64,000 bases of DNA. Origin: Alphaproteobacteria bacterium. Lineage in GTDB: Bacteria; Pseudomonadota; Alphaproteobacteria; Caulobacterales; Aquidulcibacteraceae. Shown piece by piece: positions 49,118 to 60,914 of this stretch (positions are counted from its first letter, which is position 1; the number at the start of each line of letters is the position of its first letter). The notes under the pieces were generated by a model, which was not told the DNA's origin, did no database searches, and was given only the letters and a program-made list of their open reading frames with translations. The DNA is taken from positions 8,152-72,151 of the forward strand of contig JAWXBS010000136.1 of assembly GCA_034440275.1 (NCBI GenBank). Reading direction: 5' to 3'. A program made the translations under genes and the position numbers.

Positions 49118-49134
49118 GCCTGCTCCGATCGCCA

Positions 49135-49161
49135 TACAAGATAGCGTAACGTTACAAGATA
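49135..49161. promoter_or_regulatory. TATCTTGTA direct-repeat operator candidate, mirror copy
   Basis: Exact mirror of 11506..11532. Confidence 0.35.
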
Positions 49162-49305
49162 ACATTGCGGTGTCAAATCGCCCAAATCGTCGCTCGGCGG
49201 CGGTTCAAGTCGGGCTTAACCGACGCATCATATAATCCCGATGTTTCTGGTGAGGATTAAGCGACAGGATTTGGACACGGCAGGGCGCCAGTTTCTGGGC
49301 GTTGC

Positions 49306-50346
49306 GTGGGAGCACACATGAAATCGCACATGACGCGTCGGACCGCGCTTTCCAGCCTCGCGGCCGGCGCTGCGGGGTTGGCGCTTTCGGGATGCGGCGG
49401 CGGTGACGGCGGTGCAAAGCTGCTGAACGTGTCCTTCGATCCCACGCGCGAGTTCTACGCCGCATTCAACACGCTCTTCCAGGCCGAGTGGGCCAAGGTC
49501 GGGGCGGATCGCAAGGTGACGATCAGCCAGTCGCACGGCGGATCGGGCAAGCAGGCGCGCTCCATGATCGACGGGCTTGCCGCTGACGTCGTGACACTCG
49601 CGCTCGCCCACGACATCGACCAGATTGCGGCGCGGGGTTTGCTCGCACGCAACTGGCAGACACGTTTGCCCAACAACAGCGCGCCGTACACGTCGACGAT
49701 CGTGTTCCTCGTGCGCAAGGGCAATCCCTGGCGCATTCGGGACTGGGGCGATCTCGTGCGCAACGGCGTACAGGTCATCACGCCCAACCCGAAGACGTCG
49801 GGCGGCGCACGCTGGAACTATCTTGCTGCATGGGCGTGGGCGCTGCGCCAGCCGGGTGGTTCGCCTGACACCGCGAAAGCCTTCGTGCAGAAACTGTTCG
49901 CCAACGTGCCGGTGCTCGATACGGGCGCGCGGGGCTCCACGACGACGTTCGTGCAGCGCCGCATCGGCGATGTGCTGCTGGCGTGGGAAAACGAGGCGCA
50001 CCTCGCGCGCGCCGAACTCGGGCCGAACGAAGTCGACATCATCATTCCGTCCGTGAGCATTCTCGCGGAGCCGACGGTGGCGGTGGTCGACAAGAACGTC
50101 GATCGCGCAGGCACGCGGTCGATCGCGGAAAGCTATCTGCGACTATTGTACGCGGACTTCGCGCAGGACCTGGCCGCCAAGCATCACTTCCGGCCGCGCA
50201 ACGCTGCGATCCTCGCGCGCTACGCACAGAAGTATCCATCCATTCCGCTCGTCACCATCGACGATACGTTCGGCGGTTGGGCGGATGCACAACGCACGCA
50301 CTTCGCCGAAGGCGGCGTGTTCGACCAGATTTCTACGCGGCGCTGA
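49306..50346 (+). CDS. sbp: Sulfate/thiosulfate-binding protein, mirror copy
   Basis: Exact mirror of 10321..11361. Confidence 0.85.
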   Translation: MGAHMKSHMTRRTALSSLAAGAAGLALSGCGGGDGGAKLLNVSFDPTREFYAAFNTLFQAEWAKVGADRKVTISQSHGGSGKQARSMIDGLAADVVTLALAHDIDQIAARGLLARNWQTRLPNNSAPYTSTIVFLVRKGNPWRIRDWGDLVRNGVQVITPNPKTSGGARWNYLAAWAWALRQPGGSPDTAKAFVQKLFANVPVLDTGARGSTTTFVQRRIGDVLLAWENEAHLARAELGPNEVDIIIPSVSILAEPTVAVVDKNVDRAGTRSIAESYLRLLYADFAQDLAAKHHFRPRNAAILARYAQKYPSIPLVTIDDTFGGWADAQRTHFAEGGVFDQISTRR

Positions 50347-50425
50347 ACTCCCTTCCCCCTCGTCCAGCGTCGCAGGCGGGAGCGGTCCAACGTGAAAGGC
50401 TGTTCCCGCCCAGTTTTCTCAACGC

Positions 50426-50457
50426 AAAAGGATCGAGGCGCTTTCGCGTCTCGATCC
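50426..50457 (-). terminator. Rho-independent terminator, mirror copy
   Basis: Exact mirror of 10210..10241. Confidence 0.6.
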
Positions 50458-50490
50458 TGATGAGATGAAAGTCCAGAACTTTGCCGGGTT

Positions 50491-51108
50491 CTAGAAGGGC
50501 AAGGCCTGGCGTTCGCGCGAGTAGGACTGGTAGCCGACATTCGCACCGAGACGGAGGCCGACACCGGAGCGCATGGGCGCGAGAGTGATGTCATTGGCGC
50601 GCGCATAGCTCACACCGACGCCGCCGACGAGATAGGCGCTGCCGCTAACGCCAGGAAAGCGCTGGTAGATCTGGTCGCTGTCGGAGAGGCCGTACACGAG
50701 CGTGAAGACCTTCGAGGCGTTTGCGCCGGTGTCAAAGCCGATGGACGGACCCTGCCAGAAGACCTTGCGCACCTGGCCGTTCTTCAGGCGCAGGTCGCCT
50801 TCGCCGATGCGCAGACCCACGCCGATGGCACCGGAAATTTCTTCGCCGCGGATATAGCCCGTCGGGCGACCGTTTTCGCGGAACACGCGCTCGATGGCCT
50901 GACCTGCGGCGTCTGCCGTGATGCCGAAGAAATCGGCTGCCGCGTCGACGATCTCGCTTTGTTCGTAGGTCGGTTGCGTGGCCGGGGTGCTGGTATTGGT
51001 CGCGCTTGTGTTCCTAACATTGGAGTTTCTGCCGTCACTGGTTCCCGCGCAGCCGACCGCGAGAAGCAATGACGCGCTTACAAGCAGCGCGCGTGTGTAG
51101 TTGGACAT
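50491..51108 (-). CDS. DUF1134-like lipoprotein paralogue 2, mirror copy
   Basis: Exact mirror of 9559..10176. Confidence 0.65.
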   Translation of the reverse strand: MSNYTRALLVSASLLLAVGCAGTSDGRNSNVRNTSATNTSTPATQPTYEQSEIVDAAADFFGITADAAGQAIERVFRENGRPTGYIRGEEISGAIGVGLRIGEGDLRLKNGQVRKVFWQGPSIGFDTGANASKVFTLVYGLSDSDQIYQRFPGVSGSAYLVGGVGVSYARANDITLAPMRSGVGLRLGANVGYQSYSRERQALPF

Positions 51109-51177
51109 GGCCTGAAGCCTCCTTGATGGGACAGGGAGGAAATGCGTCGGCCGGCCGGCGGTTCCCGATGCGCATCT

Positions 51178-51807
51178 TCAGAAGGGAAGGATGTGCCGGG
51201 TGCGCGAGTAGACCAGATATCCGACGTTGGCCCCGCCGCGCAGGCCGACGCCGGCCCGGATCGGCGCGAGCGTCACGCCTTCGGCCGCCTGATAGTTCAC
51301 GCCAAGGCCCCCGATCACGTAGGCCGACCCTTCGACGCCGGGATAGCGCTTGTAGATCTGCTCTGCGGTGGTCATGCCGTAGACGAGCGTGAAGACCTTC
51401 GACGCGTTGCCGCCGAAGTCGAAGCCGAAAGACGGGCCCTGCCAGTTCACGACGGCGCGCTCGCCCGTTTTCAGGAAGAGATCGCCCTTGCCGTAGCGCA
51501 GGCCGATGAGCCAGGCGCCGGCGCCTTCGCGACCGGTGATGTAGCCGACAGGCCGGCCCTGTTCGCGGAACACGCGCGCGACAACGGCGGCGCCCCCGCC
51601 GGCGGCGCTGTCGAAGAAGTCCTCCGCCGCCTGCACGACTTCGTCTTCGGAGAAGGTGTTGTCCGGTTGCGGGGCGGGGGCGGGTGGCGCGGGATAGGTG
51701 GTGGTCGTGGTCGCGTAGGGATCCGGCGTCTGGGCATGCGCCATACCGAGAGCGGCGGCAGGCAGTGCCACGGTCAGGCCAAGGGCGATGTCGCGACGGG
51801 TCGGCAT
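51178..51807 (-). CDS. DUF1134-like exported protein paralogue 1, mirror copy
   Basis: Exact mirror of 8860..9489. Confidence 0.65.
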   Translation of the reverse strand: MPTRRDIALGLTVALPAAALGMAHAQTPDPYATTTTTYPAPPAPAPQPDNTFSEDEVVQAAEDFFDSAAGGGAAVVARVFREQGRPVGYITGREGAGAWLIGLRYGKGDLFLKTGERAVVNWQGPSFGFDFGGNASKVFTLVYGMTTAEQIYKRYPGVEGSAYVIGGLGVNYQAAEGVTLAPIRAGVGLRGGANVGYLVYSRTRHILPF

Positions 51808-51960
51808 GGGCGGTCCTCGAACGGAAACAGTCGGACCGAAGCCTATACGGGCGCTGCTGCGGACGCGAGCGAGCGCGCCAGCGGGGAGGTGAATCCGCCG
51901 CAATGTCCCTTGGGCGTCGCCGCCTTGGCGGGGGCGGGGGGCGGTGTTACCTCCCGCGCC

Positions 51961-53769
51961 ATGTCATTTCCCATCGACCGCATCCGCAATTTTTCGATCG
52001 TGGCGCACATCGACCACGGCAAATCGACCCTGTCGGACCGGCTGATCCAGTTCACGGGCGGCCTGCAGGCGCGCGAGATGAAGGAGCAGGTCCTCGACTC
52101 GATGGACATCGAGCGCGAGCGCGGCATCACCATCAAGGCCCAGACCGTCCGCCTCGACTACAAGGCCCATGACGGCCTCGACTATGTGCTGAACCTCATC
52201 GACACCCCCGGCCACGTGGACTTCGCCTATGAGGTGAGCCGCAGCCTCGCCGCGTGCGAAGGCGCATTGCTTGTCGTCGATGCATCGCAGGGCGTGGAAG
52301 CGCAGACTCTGGCCAATGTCTATCAAGCGCTCGACAACAATCTGGAAATCGTCCCCGTCCTCAACAAGATCGATCTCCCCGCCGCCGAGCCCGATCGCAT
52401 CCGCGACCAGATCGAGGACGTCATCGGCCTCGACGCCTCCAACGCCGTCCTCATCTCCGCGAAAACCGGCATCGGCATCGAGGACGTGCTGGAAGCCATC
52501 GTCACGCGCCTGCCGCCGCCCAAGGAAGGCGACGCGACCAAGCCGCTGAAAGCCATGCTCGTGGACGCCTGGTACGACGCGTATATGGGCGTCGTCGTGC
52601 TCGTGCGCGTCATCGACGGCGTGCTCAAGAAGGGCATGCGCATCAAGATGATGCAGACCGACTCCACCTACGGCGTCGACAAGGTCGGCGTCTTCCGCCC
52701 GAAGGCGCAGGACGTCGACGATCTCGGCCCCGGCGAAATCGGCTTCCTCATCGCCAACATCAAGGAAGTCGCCGACGCGCGCGTGGGCGACACCATCACC
52801 CTCGAGAAGGGCGGCGTCACGACCGCGCTCTCGGGCTTCAAGCCCGCGCAACCCGTGGTCTTCTGCGGCCTCTTCCCGACGGATGCGGCGAATTTCGAAG
52901 ACCTGCGCGCCGCCATGGGCCGCTTGCGCCTCAACGATGCGAGCTTCTCGTATGAAATGGAGACGTCCGCCGCGCTCGGCTTCGGCTTCCGCTGCGGCTT
53001 TCTTGGATTGCTGCACCTGGAAATCATCCAGGAGCGGCTGACACGCGAGTTCAATCTCGACCTCATCGCGACCGCGCCGAGCGTCGTTTACAAAGTCCAC
53101 ATGAACGACGGCGAAATCCGCGAACTGCACAACCCCGCCGACATGCCCGACACCACGCGCATCAACGAAATCCACGAGCCGTGGATCAAGGCCACCATCC
53201 TCACGCCCGACGAATATCTCGGCGCCATCCTCAAGCTCTGCCAGGATCGCCGCGGCGTACAGCGCGATCTCTCCTATGTCGGCGCGCGCGCCATGCTGAT
53301 CTACGAACTGCCGCTCAACGAAGTGGTGTTCGATTTCTATGACCGGCTGAAGAGCGTCTCGAAGGGCTATGCCTCCTTCGATTACGCGATCGAGGACTAC
53401 AAGCCCGGCAATCTCGTGAAGATGTCGATCCTCGTGAACGACGAGCCGGTCGACGCGCTCTCCATGCTCGTCCACGCCGGTCGCGCCGAACAGCGCGGGC
53501 GCGTGATGTGCGAGAAGCTCAAGGAGCTGATCCCGCAGCATTTGTTTAAAATACCAATTCAAGCCGCGATTGGCGGCCGCATCATCGCGCGCGAAACCAT
53601 CTCAGCGCTGCGCAAGGACGTGACCGCGAAATGCTACGGCGGCGACATCTCCCGCAAGCGCAAGCTCCTCGACAAGCAGAAAGAGGGGAAGAAGAAGATG
53701 CGGCAATTCGGGAAGGTGGATATTCCGCAAGAGGCGTTCATCGCGGCGTTGAAGATGGATGAGGATTGA
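51961..53769 (+). CDS. lepA: Elongation factor 4 (LepA), mirror copy
   Basis: Exact mirror of 6898..8706. The ATG at 51961 was read directly (atgtcatttcccatcgac). Confidence 0.95.
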   Translation: MSFPIDRIRNFSIVAHIDHGKSTLSDRLIQFTGGLQAREMKEQVLDSMDIERERGITIKAQTVRLDYKAHDGLDYVLNLIDTPGHVDFAYEVSRSLAACEGALLVVDASQGVEAQTLANVYQALDNNLEIVPVLNKIDLPAAEPDRIRDQIEDVIGLDASNAVLISAKTGIGIEDVLEAIVTRLPPPKEGDATKPLKAMLVDAWYDAYMGVVVLVRVIDGVLKKGMRIKMMQTDSTYGVDKVGVFRPKAQDVDDLGPGEIGFLIANIKEVADARVGDTITLEKGGVTTALSGFKPAQPVVFCGLFPTDAANFEDLRAAMGRLRLNDASFSYEMETSAALGFGFRCGFLGLLHLEIIQERLTREFNLDLIATAPSVVYKVHMNDGEIRELHNPADMPDTTRINEIHEPWIKATILTPDEYLGAILKLCQDRRGVQRDLSYVGARAMLIYELPLNEVVFDFYDRLKSVSKGYASFDYAIEDYKPGNLVKMSILVNDEPVDALSMLVHAGRAEQRGRVMCEKLKELIPQHLFKIPIQAAIGGRIIARETISALRKDVTAKCYGGDISRKRKLLDKQKEGKKKMRQFGKVDIPQEAFIAALKMDED

Positions 53770-54223
53770 GGGGGTGGCTGAAGAGTCCCAATCCATTCTT
53801 GGGAAGGTCGTAGCGGGGGTGTTCGCGATCGCTGGCTTAGTTGCGATCAAGGTGCTTTTTTTCGGCGCTCATCATGTTGATGACGTGGGCCGGCATCTGG
53901 TTCGTCCCGCCGAGCGCGCAGTTGCTGCAACAGATGATGTTATTCGCGGCGCCAAGAATGGCGCCAAAGGCCCACTCGATGATCTTGAGCGAGCTGGAGC
54001 AACATCTTCCGATGATCTCGGTGGTGGGCTGCTGGCGCAGAAGCCCACGACGACTTCTTCGCAGGTGACCACCAGCGAAGGACCAGATGCTGCTGATGTT
54101 GCAGGGGAGTTCGCGACCGGCGTCGCCGAGGACAAGCTGAAGTCGTCCCTTCAGAATTCTGATGATGAAGAAAGCTCGATCATTCAATCGAGAGCCAAGC
54201 GAAGTGTTCCTTCTCCCCCGTGA
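53759..54223 (+). CDS. Hypothetical single-pass membrane protein, mirror copy
   Basis: Exact mirror of 6444..6908. Confidence 0.45.
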   Translation: MRIEGVAEESQSILGKVVAGVFAIAGLVAIKVLFFGAHHVDDVGRHLVRPAERAVAATDDVIRGAKNGAKGPLDDLERAGATSSDDLGGGLLAQKPTTTSSQVTTSEGPDAADVAGEFATGVAEDKLKSSLQNSDDEESSIIQSRAKRSVPSPP

Positions 54224-54234
54224 GGGGGAGAAGG
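54209..54234. repeat. REP-like hairpin, mirror copy
   Basis: Exact mirror of 6433..6458. Confidence 0.7.
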
Positions 54235-54328
54235 GGGAGTTTAGAGGTCGAAATACGGGGATTCTCACGTCGCAATCCGACCGGGTCCCGCACGGCGCCA
54301 TGCTCCACTCTTTCAGAGGAGCACCCCC

Positions 54329-55039
54329 ATGGCCAACGCCGATCCCCAAGCCCCCGCCACCTATTACCGCCTGACGCCCGAAGCCTGGGCCGAGATCGGC
54401 GAGGCCTACAAGCGCGGCGCGACCGCGCGGAAGCTGGCGCAGCGGTGGAAGGTCTCGCCGAGCAGCATCTATCGTCACGCGCGCCTCGGAGGCTGGACCA
54501 AGCGCGACAACGCCGAAGCCATCGCGCGCGAGAGCGTGTCGGAGGACGCCGCGCGCGTGGTCGTCGCGGACGCGCGTCGCGGCGCGATGGTCGAAGACAT
54601 CGAGGCCGCGTTTGCGACGATACGCTGGGATCCCGACGGCACGCCCGCGGATGCGGCCGAACTCGGTCATCTGACGCTCGGTGCGTCGGGCATCGCGCTG
54701 CAGCACGGCGATTATCCGCGCGCGCGGGAATTCGCACGGCTGGCGGAGGCCTACCTCCGCATCGCGCCGTCGATCTGGCCGACGCTGCTGACCGTGACGG
54801 CGGATGCGGTCATGAATGAACGATACGCCGACTCTCTCTTCAGACAGGAGCCGGACGAGAAGAACATCGTGAAGGAACGCCATTGGCGCCTGCGCGCCGA
54901 GGCGCGGAAGAAGTCTGCTGAGGCGGACAGTGCGCAGCGCGCACTGCGTGACAAGCTGGCCGCGTACGAGCGCGCCTACGGTCCCGCGCCGGGATCGCAG
55001 GCACCGCCCGCCGATACAACTGAGCTACCGCTGAAGTAA
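54329..55039 (+). CDS. HTH-containing hypothetical protein, mirror copy
   Basis: Exact mirror of 5628..6338. Confidence 0.55.
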   Translation: MANADPQAPATYYRLTPEAWAEIGEAYKRGATARKLAQRWKVSPSSIYRHARLGGWTKRDNAEAIARESVSEDAARVVVADARRGAMVEDIEAAFATIRWDPDGTPADAAELGHLTLGASGIALQHGDYPRAREFARLAEAYLRIAPSIWPTLLTVTADAVMNERYADSLFRQEPDEKNIVKERHWRLRAEARKKSAEADSAQRALRDKLAAYERAYGPAPGSQAPPADTTELPLK

Positions 55040-55089
55040 TACTTCGATCTTCTTCGCAAAGAGTGCTCAATCTCTCTGCAATCCATGCC

Positions 55090-55692
55090 TCACCAATAGC
55101 GCGCCCTTGAACTTAGGGCGTTCAGTGCACTCCCGTTCGATCTTGGCGCAACGTGCGTGTGTAGCGGGTACAAGTGACGCGAGCCTGTACTGGTCCGGGC
55201 GGCCAAAGTCCTAGCGACAAGCTCACTTCGGCGCAGACGAGGCAGCACCGCTTCAAGGGTGATCTCGGGGAGGTGCTTGAGAATGGCATTTCGAGCAGAG
55301 TTGCCATTCCAGCCGACAATTTCAGCGGCACGATCAATCACTACTCGTGACAGTTTATGCTGAGCGCGTGGCCGGACCGCGATGATCGGTTTGAATTGCG
55401 CCCAAGCGGTTTTGACCTCGAATTCGATCCAATCACTTCGAGAAGAGTATATTCCCGCAAAAGCCAAAACCGCGTCTGATGCAGCGATGCGCCGCCTTAG
55501 AGCGGTCTCCAATTCCATGTCTCCGCGCACATGGAGTGGGTTATCCTTTGGAACGGATAGATCGATCCAAGAAAATGGATTCATCCACTCTGCGGAGATC
55601 AGGTCAGCGAGGCCGTCACGGTGACCTTCATGGTCCCACGAGTGGCTTATGAACAGGCGCAGAGGCCGAGCAATCACTGGCAAGCCAGACAT
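55090..55692 (-). CDS. TIR-like (DUF1863 / ThsB-like) protein, mirror copy
   Basis: Exact mirror of 4975..5577. Confidence 0.6.
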   Translation of the reverse strand: MSGLPVIARPLRLFISHSWDHEGHRDGLADLISAEWMNPFSWIDLSVPKDNPLHVRGDMELETALRRRIAASDAVLAFAGIYSSRSDWIEFEVKTAWAQFKPIIAVRPRAQHKLSRVVIDRAAEIVGWNGNSARNAILKHLPEITLEAVLPRLRRSELVARTLAARTSTGSRHLYPLHTHVAPRSNGSALNALSSRARYW

Positions 55693-57560
55693 TCCTCGTA
55701 ATCCGTCTTGTTCGACGAATAGGCGGCGGCTTCGGCCTTCATGCCTTCGCCTTGCGCGAAGCCGGCGCGTTGCACGCTCTTGGAGCGGCAGTAGTAGAGG
55801 CTCTTCACGCCCTGCTCCCACGCCATCCAGTGCAGCATGTGCAGGTCCCACTTATCGACATCGCCCGGCAGGAAGATGTTGAGCGACTGCGACTGGCAGA
55901 TGAGCGGCGTGCGGTCGGCGGCGAGTTCGATGATCCAGCGCTGGTCGAGTTCGAACGCGGTCTTGAACACCGCCTTTTCGTCGTCGTTCAGGAATTCCAG
56001 GTGCTGCACCGAGCCTTCGTTCGCGAGGATCGAGTTCCAGATGTCCTCGGTGTTCTTGCCCTTCGATTCGATGAGCGCCTCGAGATAGGGGTTCTTCACC
56101 GAGAACGAGCCCGAGAGCGTCTTGTGCGTGTAGATGTTGGCCGGGATCGGTTCGATGCCCGCCGACGTGCCGCCGCAGATGATCGAGATCGACGCCGTCG
56201 GCGCGATCGCGAGCTTGTGGGAGAAGCGCGCCATGACGCCCGCTTCCTGCGCGTCGGGGCAGGGGCCGCGTTCCTGCGCGAGCTTCACGCTCGCCGCATC
56301 CGCGCCACGGCGCACATGCTTGAAGATCTTCATGTTCCACGACTTCGCCATCGCGGATTCAAACGGCACGTTCAGCGCCTGCAGGAAGGAGTGGAAGCCC
56401 ATGACTCCCAGCCCCACGCTGCGCTCGCGATACGCCGCATACACCGCGCGTTCCATTTCCGACGGTGCGCGCTCGATGAAATCCTGCAGCACGTTGTCGA
56501 GGAAGCGGAAGATGTCTTCGAGGAAGCCCTCTTCCTTCTCCCATTCGAGGAACTTCTCCGCGTTGAGCGAAGACAGGCAGCACACGGCCGTCCGGTCGCG
56601 ACCGAGATGGTCGACACCGGTGTGGAGCATGATCTCGGAGCAGAGATTGCTTTGGCGGACCTTCAGACCCAGGCGTTTCTGGTGCGCCGGCATCTGGTTG
56701 TTCACGGTGTCGGAGAAGATGATGTAGGGCTCGCCCGTTTGCAGGCGCAGCTCGATGATCTTCTGCCAGATCTTGCGGGCGTCAGTGAGCTTCACGACCT
56801 CGTTGTTCTTCGGCGAGCGCAGGCCGAACGGCGTGCCGTCGCGCACCGCGATCATGAACTCGTCGGAGATGTTGATGCCGTGGTGCAGGTTTAGCGACTT
56901 GCGGTTGAAATCGCCCGACGGCTTCCGGATTTCGAGGAATTCCTCGATCTCGGGGTGGTGCACGTCGAGATACACGGCCGCCGAGCCGCGACGGAGCGAT
57001 CCCTGGCTGATGGCGAGCGTGAGGCTGTCCATCACGTGGATGAACGGGATGATGCCGGACGTCTGGCCGTTCTGGCCGACCTTCTCGCCGATGGAGCGCA
57101 CGCCACCCCAATAGGTGCCGATGCCGCCGCCATTGGAGGCGAGCCAGACATTTTCGTTCCAAGTGTCGACGATGTGGTCGAGGCTGTCGCCGACGCTGTT
57201 GAGAAAGCACGAGATCGGCAGGCCGCGATCGGCGCCGCCATTGGAGAGGACGGGCGTCGCCGGCATGAACCAGAGGCGGGAGATGTAGTCGTAGATGCGC
57301 TGGCCGTGCTCGAGGTCGTCGGCATAGGCCGTGGCGACCCGGGCGAACATGTCCTGATAGGTCTCGCCGACCAGCAGATAGCGGTCGTCCAGCGTGGTCT
57401 TGCCGAAGTCCGTCAGCAGCGCGTCGCGCGACGGATCGGTCTTGATCTTCTTGACGAGGGCCAGTCGATCCTTGACCGCCTTGGGCTTCCCGCGACGGTG
57501 ATCGGCCAGTCTTGTGGGAGCCGCAGCCACCGCCTCGTTACGAAACATCCGTCTCTCCAT
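55674..57560 (-). CDS. nrdA: Ribonucleoside-diphosphate reductase alpha subunit, mirror copy
   Basis: Exact mirror of 3107..4993. Confidence 0.85.
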   Translation of the reverse strand: MERRMFRNEAVAAAPTRLADHRRGKPKAVKDRLALVKKIKTDPSRDALLTDFGKTTLDDRYLLVGETYQDMFARVATAYADDLEHGQRIYDYISRLWFMPATPVLSNGGADRGLPISCFLNSVGDSLDHIVDTWNENVWLASNGGGIGTYWGGVRSIGEKVGQNGQTSGIIPFIHVMDSLTLAISQGSLRRGSAAVYLDVHHPEIEEFLEIRKPSGDFNRKSLNLHHGINISDEFMIAVRDGTPFGLRSPKNNEVVKLTDARKIWQKIIELRLQTGEPYIIFSDTVNNQMPAHQKRLGLKVRQSNLCSEIMLHTGVDHLGRDRTAVCCLSSLNAEKFLEWEKEEGFLEDIFRFLDNVLQDFIERAPSEMERAVYAAYRERSVGLGVMGFHSFLQALNVPFESAMAKSWNMKIFKHVRRGADAASVKLAQERGPCPDAQEAGVMARFSHKLAIAPTASISIICGGTSAGIEPIPANIYTHKTLSGSFSVKNPYLEALIESKGKNTEDIWNSILANEGSVQHLEFLNDDEKAVFKTAFELDQRWIIELAADRTPLICQSQSLNIFLPGDVDKWDLHMLHWMAWEQGVKSLYYCRSKSVQRAGFAQGEGMKAEAAAYSSNKTDYEECLACQ

Positions 57561-57627
57561 TAACCTGTTCTTAACCGGAGTCGCGTTGAGCGCACGCGCT
57601 ATATCCGGCGGTCGGTGTTTGTCTGTA

Positions 57628-57643
57628 CCGCTACATATAGTGA
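57628..57643 (-). promoter_or_regulatory. Candidate NrdR box, mirror copy
   Basis: Exact mirror of 3024..3039. Confidence 0.35.
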
Positions 57644-58064
57644 TCCCTGTGTCCTAAGAGTCGGTCAACGGCCCTGGAGGGGGTGGGCAGTTTTTTTCGT
57701 GAACAAGGTGTGAAGGGTCTTGGGAAACACGTTAACCCGCCCGGGAAACATCTGAACGGCGCGAGGGGCGCCATGCCCATGCAGCCCATCACCCGTTTCG
57801 GCCGGGACGGCGCATGGACAGGCGTTAACGATTGGCGGGAAGGCTCGCTGCGCCGATCGCAGTCGCCTCGGGCGCTGCTGGCGCGGCTGCTGAAAACACC
57901 GGCGGGAGGGGCGTCGCGGCGTTCGATTCGCACCGCTGCGCCCCAATATGATCCAACGCCTGTCTCCGTTGGCGCATCTCCTCCCACCTGAACGCGCGCG
58001 CGAAGAATCACCTGTGGGCGACGACCCATTGTGTGGATAGTCTGATCACAGGATCGTCATCGCC

Positions 58065-59942
58065 ATGAAATTCAGTTTGCCATCCTGGTTGCGGGTCTCC
58101 GCAGCCCTCAGCGCGCTTCGTGCGGCGCCCCGGATGGTCGCACGCTACTGGAAGATGGCGTTCTATCTGGCGGCCTACACGGGCGCCGCCATGATCGGCG
58201 GCTATTTCCTGATCCGCGCCACGCTCTGGCAGGTGGCCACACCCGAACGCATCCGCGCCTACGGCACGGCGGTCGTCGATCACGCCTTCGACTGGGCCGA
58301 CCGGCTGGTACGCGGCGATGCGGCCGTGCGCGCCCAGGCGCAGGAGTGGGTCAAGTTTCCGACCGAGCTCCAGGACCTGGAGATGAACGTCATCGCGCTC
58401 TCGCCGACGCCCACCCGCGCCGGCGCCATGACGCAGCTCGATGGCGGCTTTCTGCTCGCGGCGACGGGGGAGGGCGACTTCATCGGCCTCGACACCAACA
58501 CCGCCGCCCACACGCGCGCCGAGATCACCTCGCCGATCAACCTCGCCACGTTCAAGGCGCACCCCCTCTGGAACACGCCGGGGCTCAACCGCAAGTGGTT
58601 CCGCATCAACGACATCTTCGCAGTGAAGCGCGGCGAGGGCGCCTACACGCTCTACGCGACGCACCACTGGTTCACGCCAGAGTGCATGGAGTTTCGCCTC
58701 AGCCGCACCGACATCACGATCGATGGCGGGCTCGTGCGCCAGACCGGTGCATGGAAAAAGATCTTCACCGCCACGCCGTGCTTTCCGGTCCTCGGTGATC
58801 ACGCGAAGGAAATCGCCCCGTTCGCCGGCCACCTCTCGGGCGGGCGCATGCTCGATTTCGACGCGCAGCATCTGCTGATGACGGTGGGCGATCAGTGGGT
58901 GTTCGAAGGCCGCGCCGTCGATGTCTCGCAGGACCCCACGGTGACGATGGGAAAGATCCTGCTCGTCGACAAGGAAACGGGAGAGACCTCGATCTTCGCC
59001 ATGGGCGAACGCAACGCGCAGGGCCTCCTGCGCGATTCACGCGGTCGCATCTGGGAAACAGAACACGGGCCGCACGGCGGCGACGAACTCAATCTCGTGC
59101 ATGAAGGCTCGAACCTCGGGTGGCCGAAGGTCACCTACGGCGTGAACTACGACATGCGTCCCTGGCCGGGCGCGACGACGGAAGGGCGCCACGAAGGATT
59201 TCAGCCGCCGGTCTATGCATGGTTGCCGTCCATCGGCGTCACCAATCTCGTCGAGGCGCCCGGCGACGCATTCCCCAACTGGCGCGGCGATCTTCTCGTC
59301 GGCTCGCTGCGTGCGAGCAGTCTCTTCCGCATCCGCCTGGAAGGAAACGACGCCATCTACGCCGAGCAGATCGGGATGGCGGGCCGCGCGGTGCGCGACA
59401 TCGAGGTGCTGCCGGACGGCCGCATCGCCGTGCTCGACAACCGGTTCGCCATGGTGCTGCTCCGCAACGGCGCAGGCCACGGCAAGGGTCGCATCTACGA
59501 TGCCGAAAGCGCCACCGTGCCGCACATCGTCGACAACGGGTTGTCGAAGAAACGCCTCGCGCTCGCGCGTCACGGCGCCGAGATTTTCGGCGCCCAGTGC
59601 GCGGAGTGCCACAGCCTCGTGGGCGGCGCGAGCGCAGGCCCGCAGCTGCGCAATGTCGCCGAGCGCAATATCGGCGCCGAGGCCGGCTTTGAATATTCCA
59701 GCGCCTTGAAGCGCGCGCCCGGTGCGTGGAACGAAGCCGCGCTCGCCCGCTTCCTGGCCGATCCGGAATCGCTCGGCGACACCGTCGCCATGCCCAACCA
59801 GGGTCTGACCGCAGGGGACTCCGCAGCCCTCGCCGCCTATCTCGTGGAACTGCGACGCCAGGACCGACGCGGTCGCCAGAAGCCGCACCGGCCGGGCGAC
59901 GCGGTCGCGGGAACGCCCGGGACCGAAAACCCGCGGGACTGA
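58065..59942 (+). CDS. PQQ-dependent sugar dehydrogenase-cytochrome c fusion, mirror copy
   Basis: Exact mirror of 725..2602. Confidence 0.8.
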   Translation: MKFSLPSWLRVSAALSALRAAPRMVARYWKMAFYLAAYTGAAMIGGYFLIRATLWQVATPERIRAYGTAVVDHAFDWADRLVRGDAAVRAQAQEWVKFPTELQDLEMNVIALSPTPTRAGAMTQLDGGFLLAATGEGDFIGLDTNTAAHTRAEITSPINLATFKAHPLWNTPGLNRKWFRINDIFAVKRGEGAYTLYATHHWFTPECMEFRLSRTDITIDGGLVRQTGAWKKIFTATPCFPVLGDHAKEIAPFAGHLSGGRMLDFDAQHLLMTVGDQWVFEGRAVDVSQDPTVTMGKILLVDKETGETSIFAMGERNAQGLLRDSRGRIWETEHGPHGGDELNLVHEGSNLGWPKVTYGVNYDMRPWPGATTEGRHEGFQPPVYAWLPSIGVTNLVEAPGDAFPNWRGDLLVGSLRASSLFRIRLEGNDAIYAEQIGMAGRAVRDIEVLPDGRIAVLDNRFAMVLLRNGAGHGKGRIYDAESATVPHIVDNGLSKKRLALARHGAEIFGAQCAECHSLVGGASAGPQLRNVAERNIGAEAGFEYSSALKRAPGAWNEAALARFLADPESLGDTVAMPNQGLTAGDSAALAAYLVELRRQDRRGRQKPHRPGDAVAGTPGTENPRD

Positions 59943-59997
59943 ATCGCGCATCACCGCAGGTGCGTGCGCGTGTGACGCGGGCCTGCTAAACAGCCCC

Positions 59998-60789
59998 ATG
60001 ACCGAAGCCACAGACGCCCTCATGGTCCATGCCGTTCTGCTGGGCGAGCGCATCGACCTGCGGGGGTTCCGTCCCGAGGGCGTGGTGAGTCCGGCGCCGC
60101 TCGCGTGGCGCACGCAGACCGGCGAGCTCGTCGCGCTCTTCCGGTTCGGCGCCATCGTTTTCTTCGGCGTGGAAGGCGCAGCGCAAATCGAGATCATCGA
60201 GAGCATCAAGGAGCGCGTCGTCGATCCGTTCGCCGTGCGCGAAACGGAAAGTGCGGTGATCGCCGCCGGCGTCTTCGCGCGCGATCAGGTGACGGGCGAT
60301 CTCATCGGTCTCATCGACATGTCCGACGAGCGTCTGCTGACCGTGGCCGATGCGCTCGCCAAGAGCGTCGCCCTCGCGCAGGACGAGAAGCAGGTGACAA
60401 CCGTTTTCGATCGCATCGAGCCGTTCGCGCGCGATCTCTCCCTCACCGGCGGGTCGAGCATCCGCTTCCGCACGCTGGCCTCCATGATGGGCGACGCGCT
60501 GAGCGCGCAGGCGCGCATCGTCGGCGGCGTCGAGGTCAGCGACCGGCCCGACATGATGTGGGAACGCCCGGACCTGCAGCGCCTGCATGCGGCCCTCGCC
60601 GAGGAATACGAACTCAACGACCGCGCCCGCCTCCTGTCGCAGAAGCTCAAGGTCGTCGAGGAATGCGCGAGCGCGCTGGTGGGATTTGCCGACGCGCGGC
60701 GGGCCTATCACCTGGAATGGACGATCATCATCCTGATCGCGTTCGAGATCATTCTCACTTTGCTGGAAAAGGCGGGGGTGATTAGCTGA
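59998..60789 (+). CDS. RMD1/DUF155 family protein (complete copy; crosses the end of the mirrored region at 60666)
   Basis: 263 aa with a DUF155-like body and a C-terminal TM helix (HLEWTIIILIAFEIILTLL). Its last 41 codons lie in the single-copy flank. Confidence 0.8.
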   Translation: MTEATDALMVHAVLLGERIDLRGFRPEGVVSPAPLAWRTQTGELVALFRFGAIVFFGVEGAAQIEIIESIKERVVDPFAVRETESAVIAAGVFARDQVTGDLIGLIDMSDERLLTVADALAKSVALAQDEKQVTTVFDRIEPFARDLSLTGGSSIRFRTLASMMGDALSAQARIVGGVEVSDRPDMMWERPDLQRLHAALAEEYELNDRARLLSQKLKVVEECASALVGFADARRAYHLEWTIIILIAFEIILTLLEKAGVIS

Positions 60790-60914
60790 GATGGTGTCTG
60801 GAGCGTGGGCCACCCCGTCCACGTGCTTGTGTCTAAGGCTCGACGCGGACGAGGTCGTCCGCGCTCCAATGCGGCTCCCTTGCTTTTGCGTGCGGACGTC
60901 CCTTCAACAACCTG

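Noticed and set aside
60844-60863. Hairpin cgcggacg-aggt-cgtccgcg downstream of the RMD1 gene as an intrinsic terminator
   Set aside because: No U-tract follows, and such GC-rich 8-bp stems are frequent by chance in this composition.
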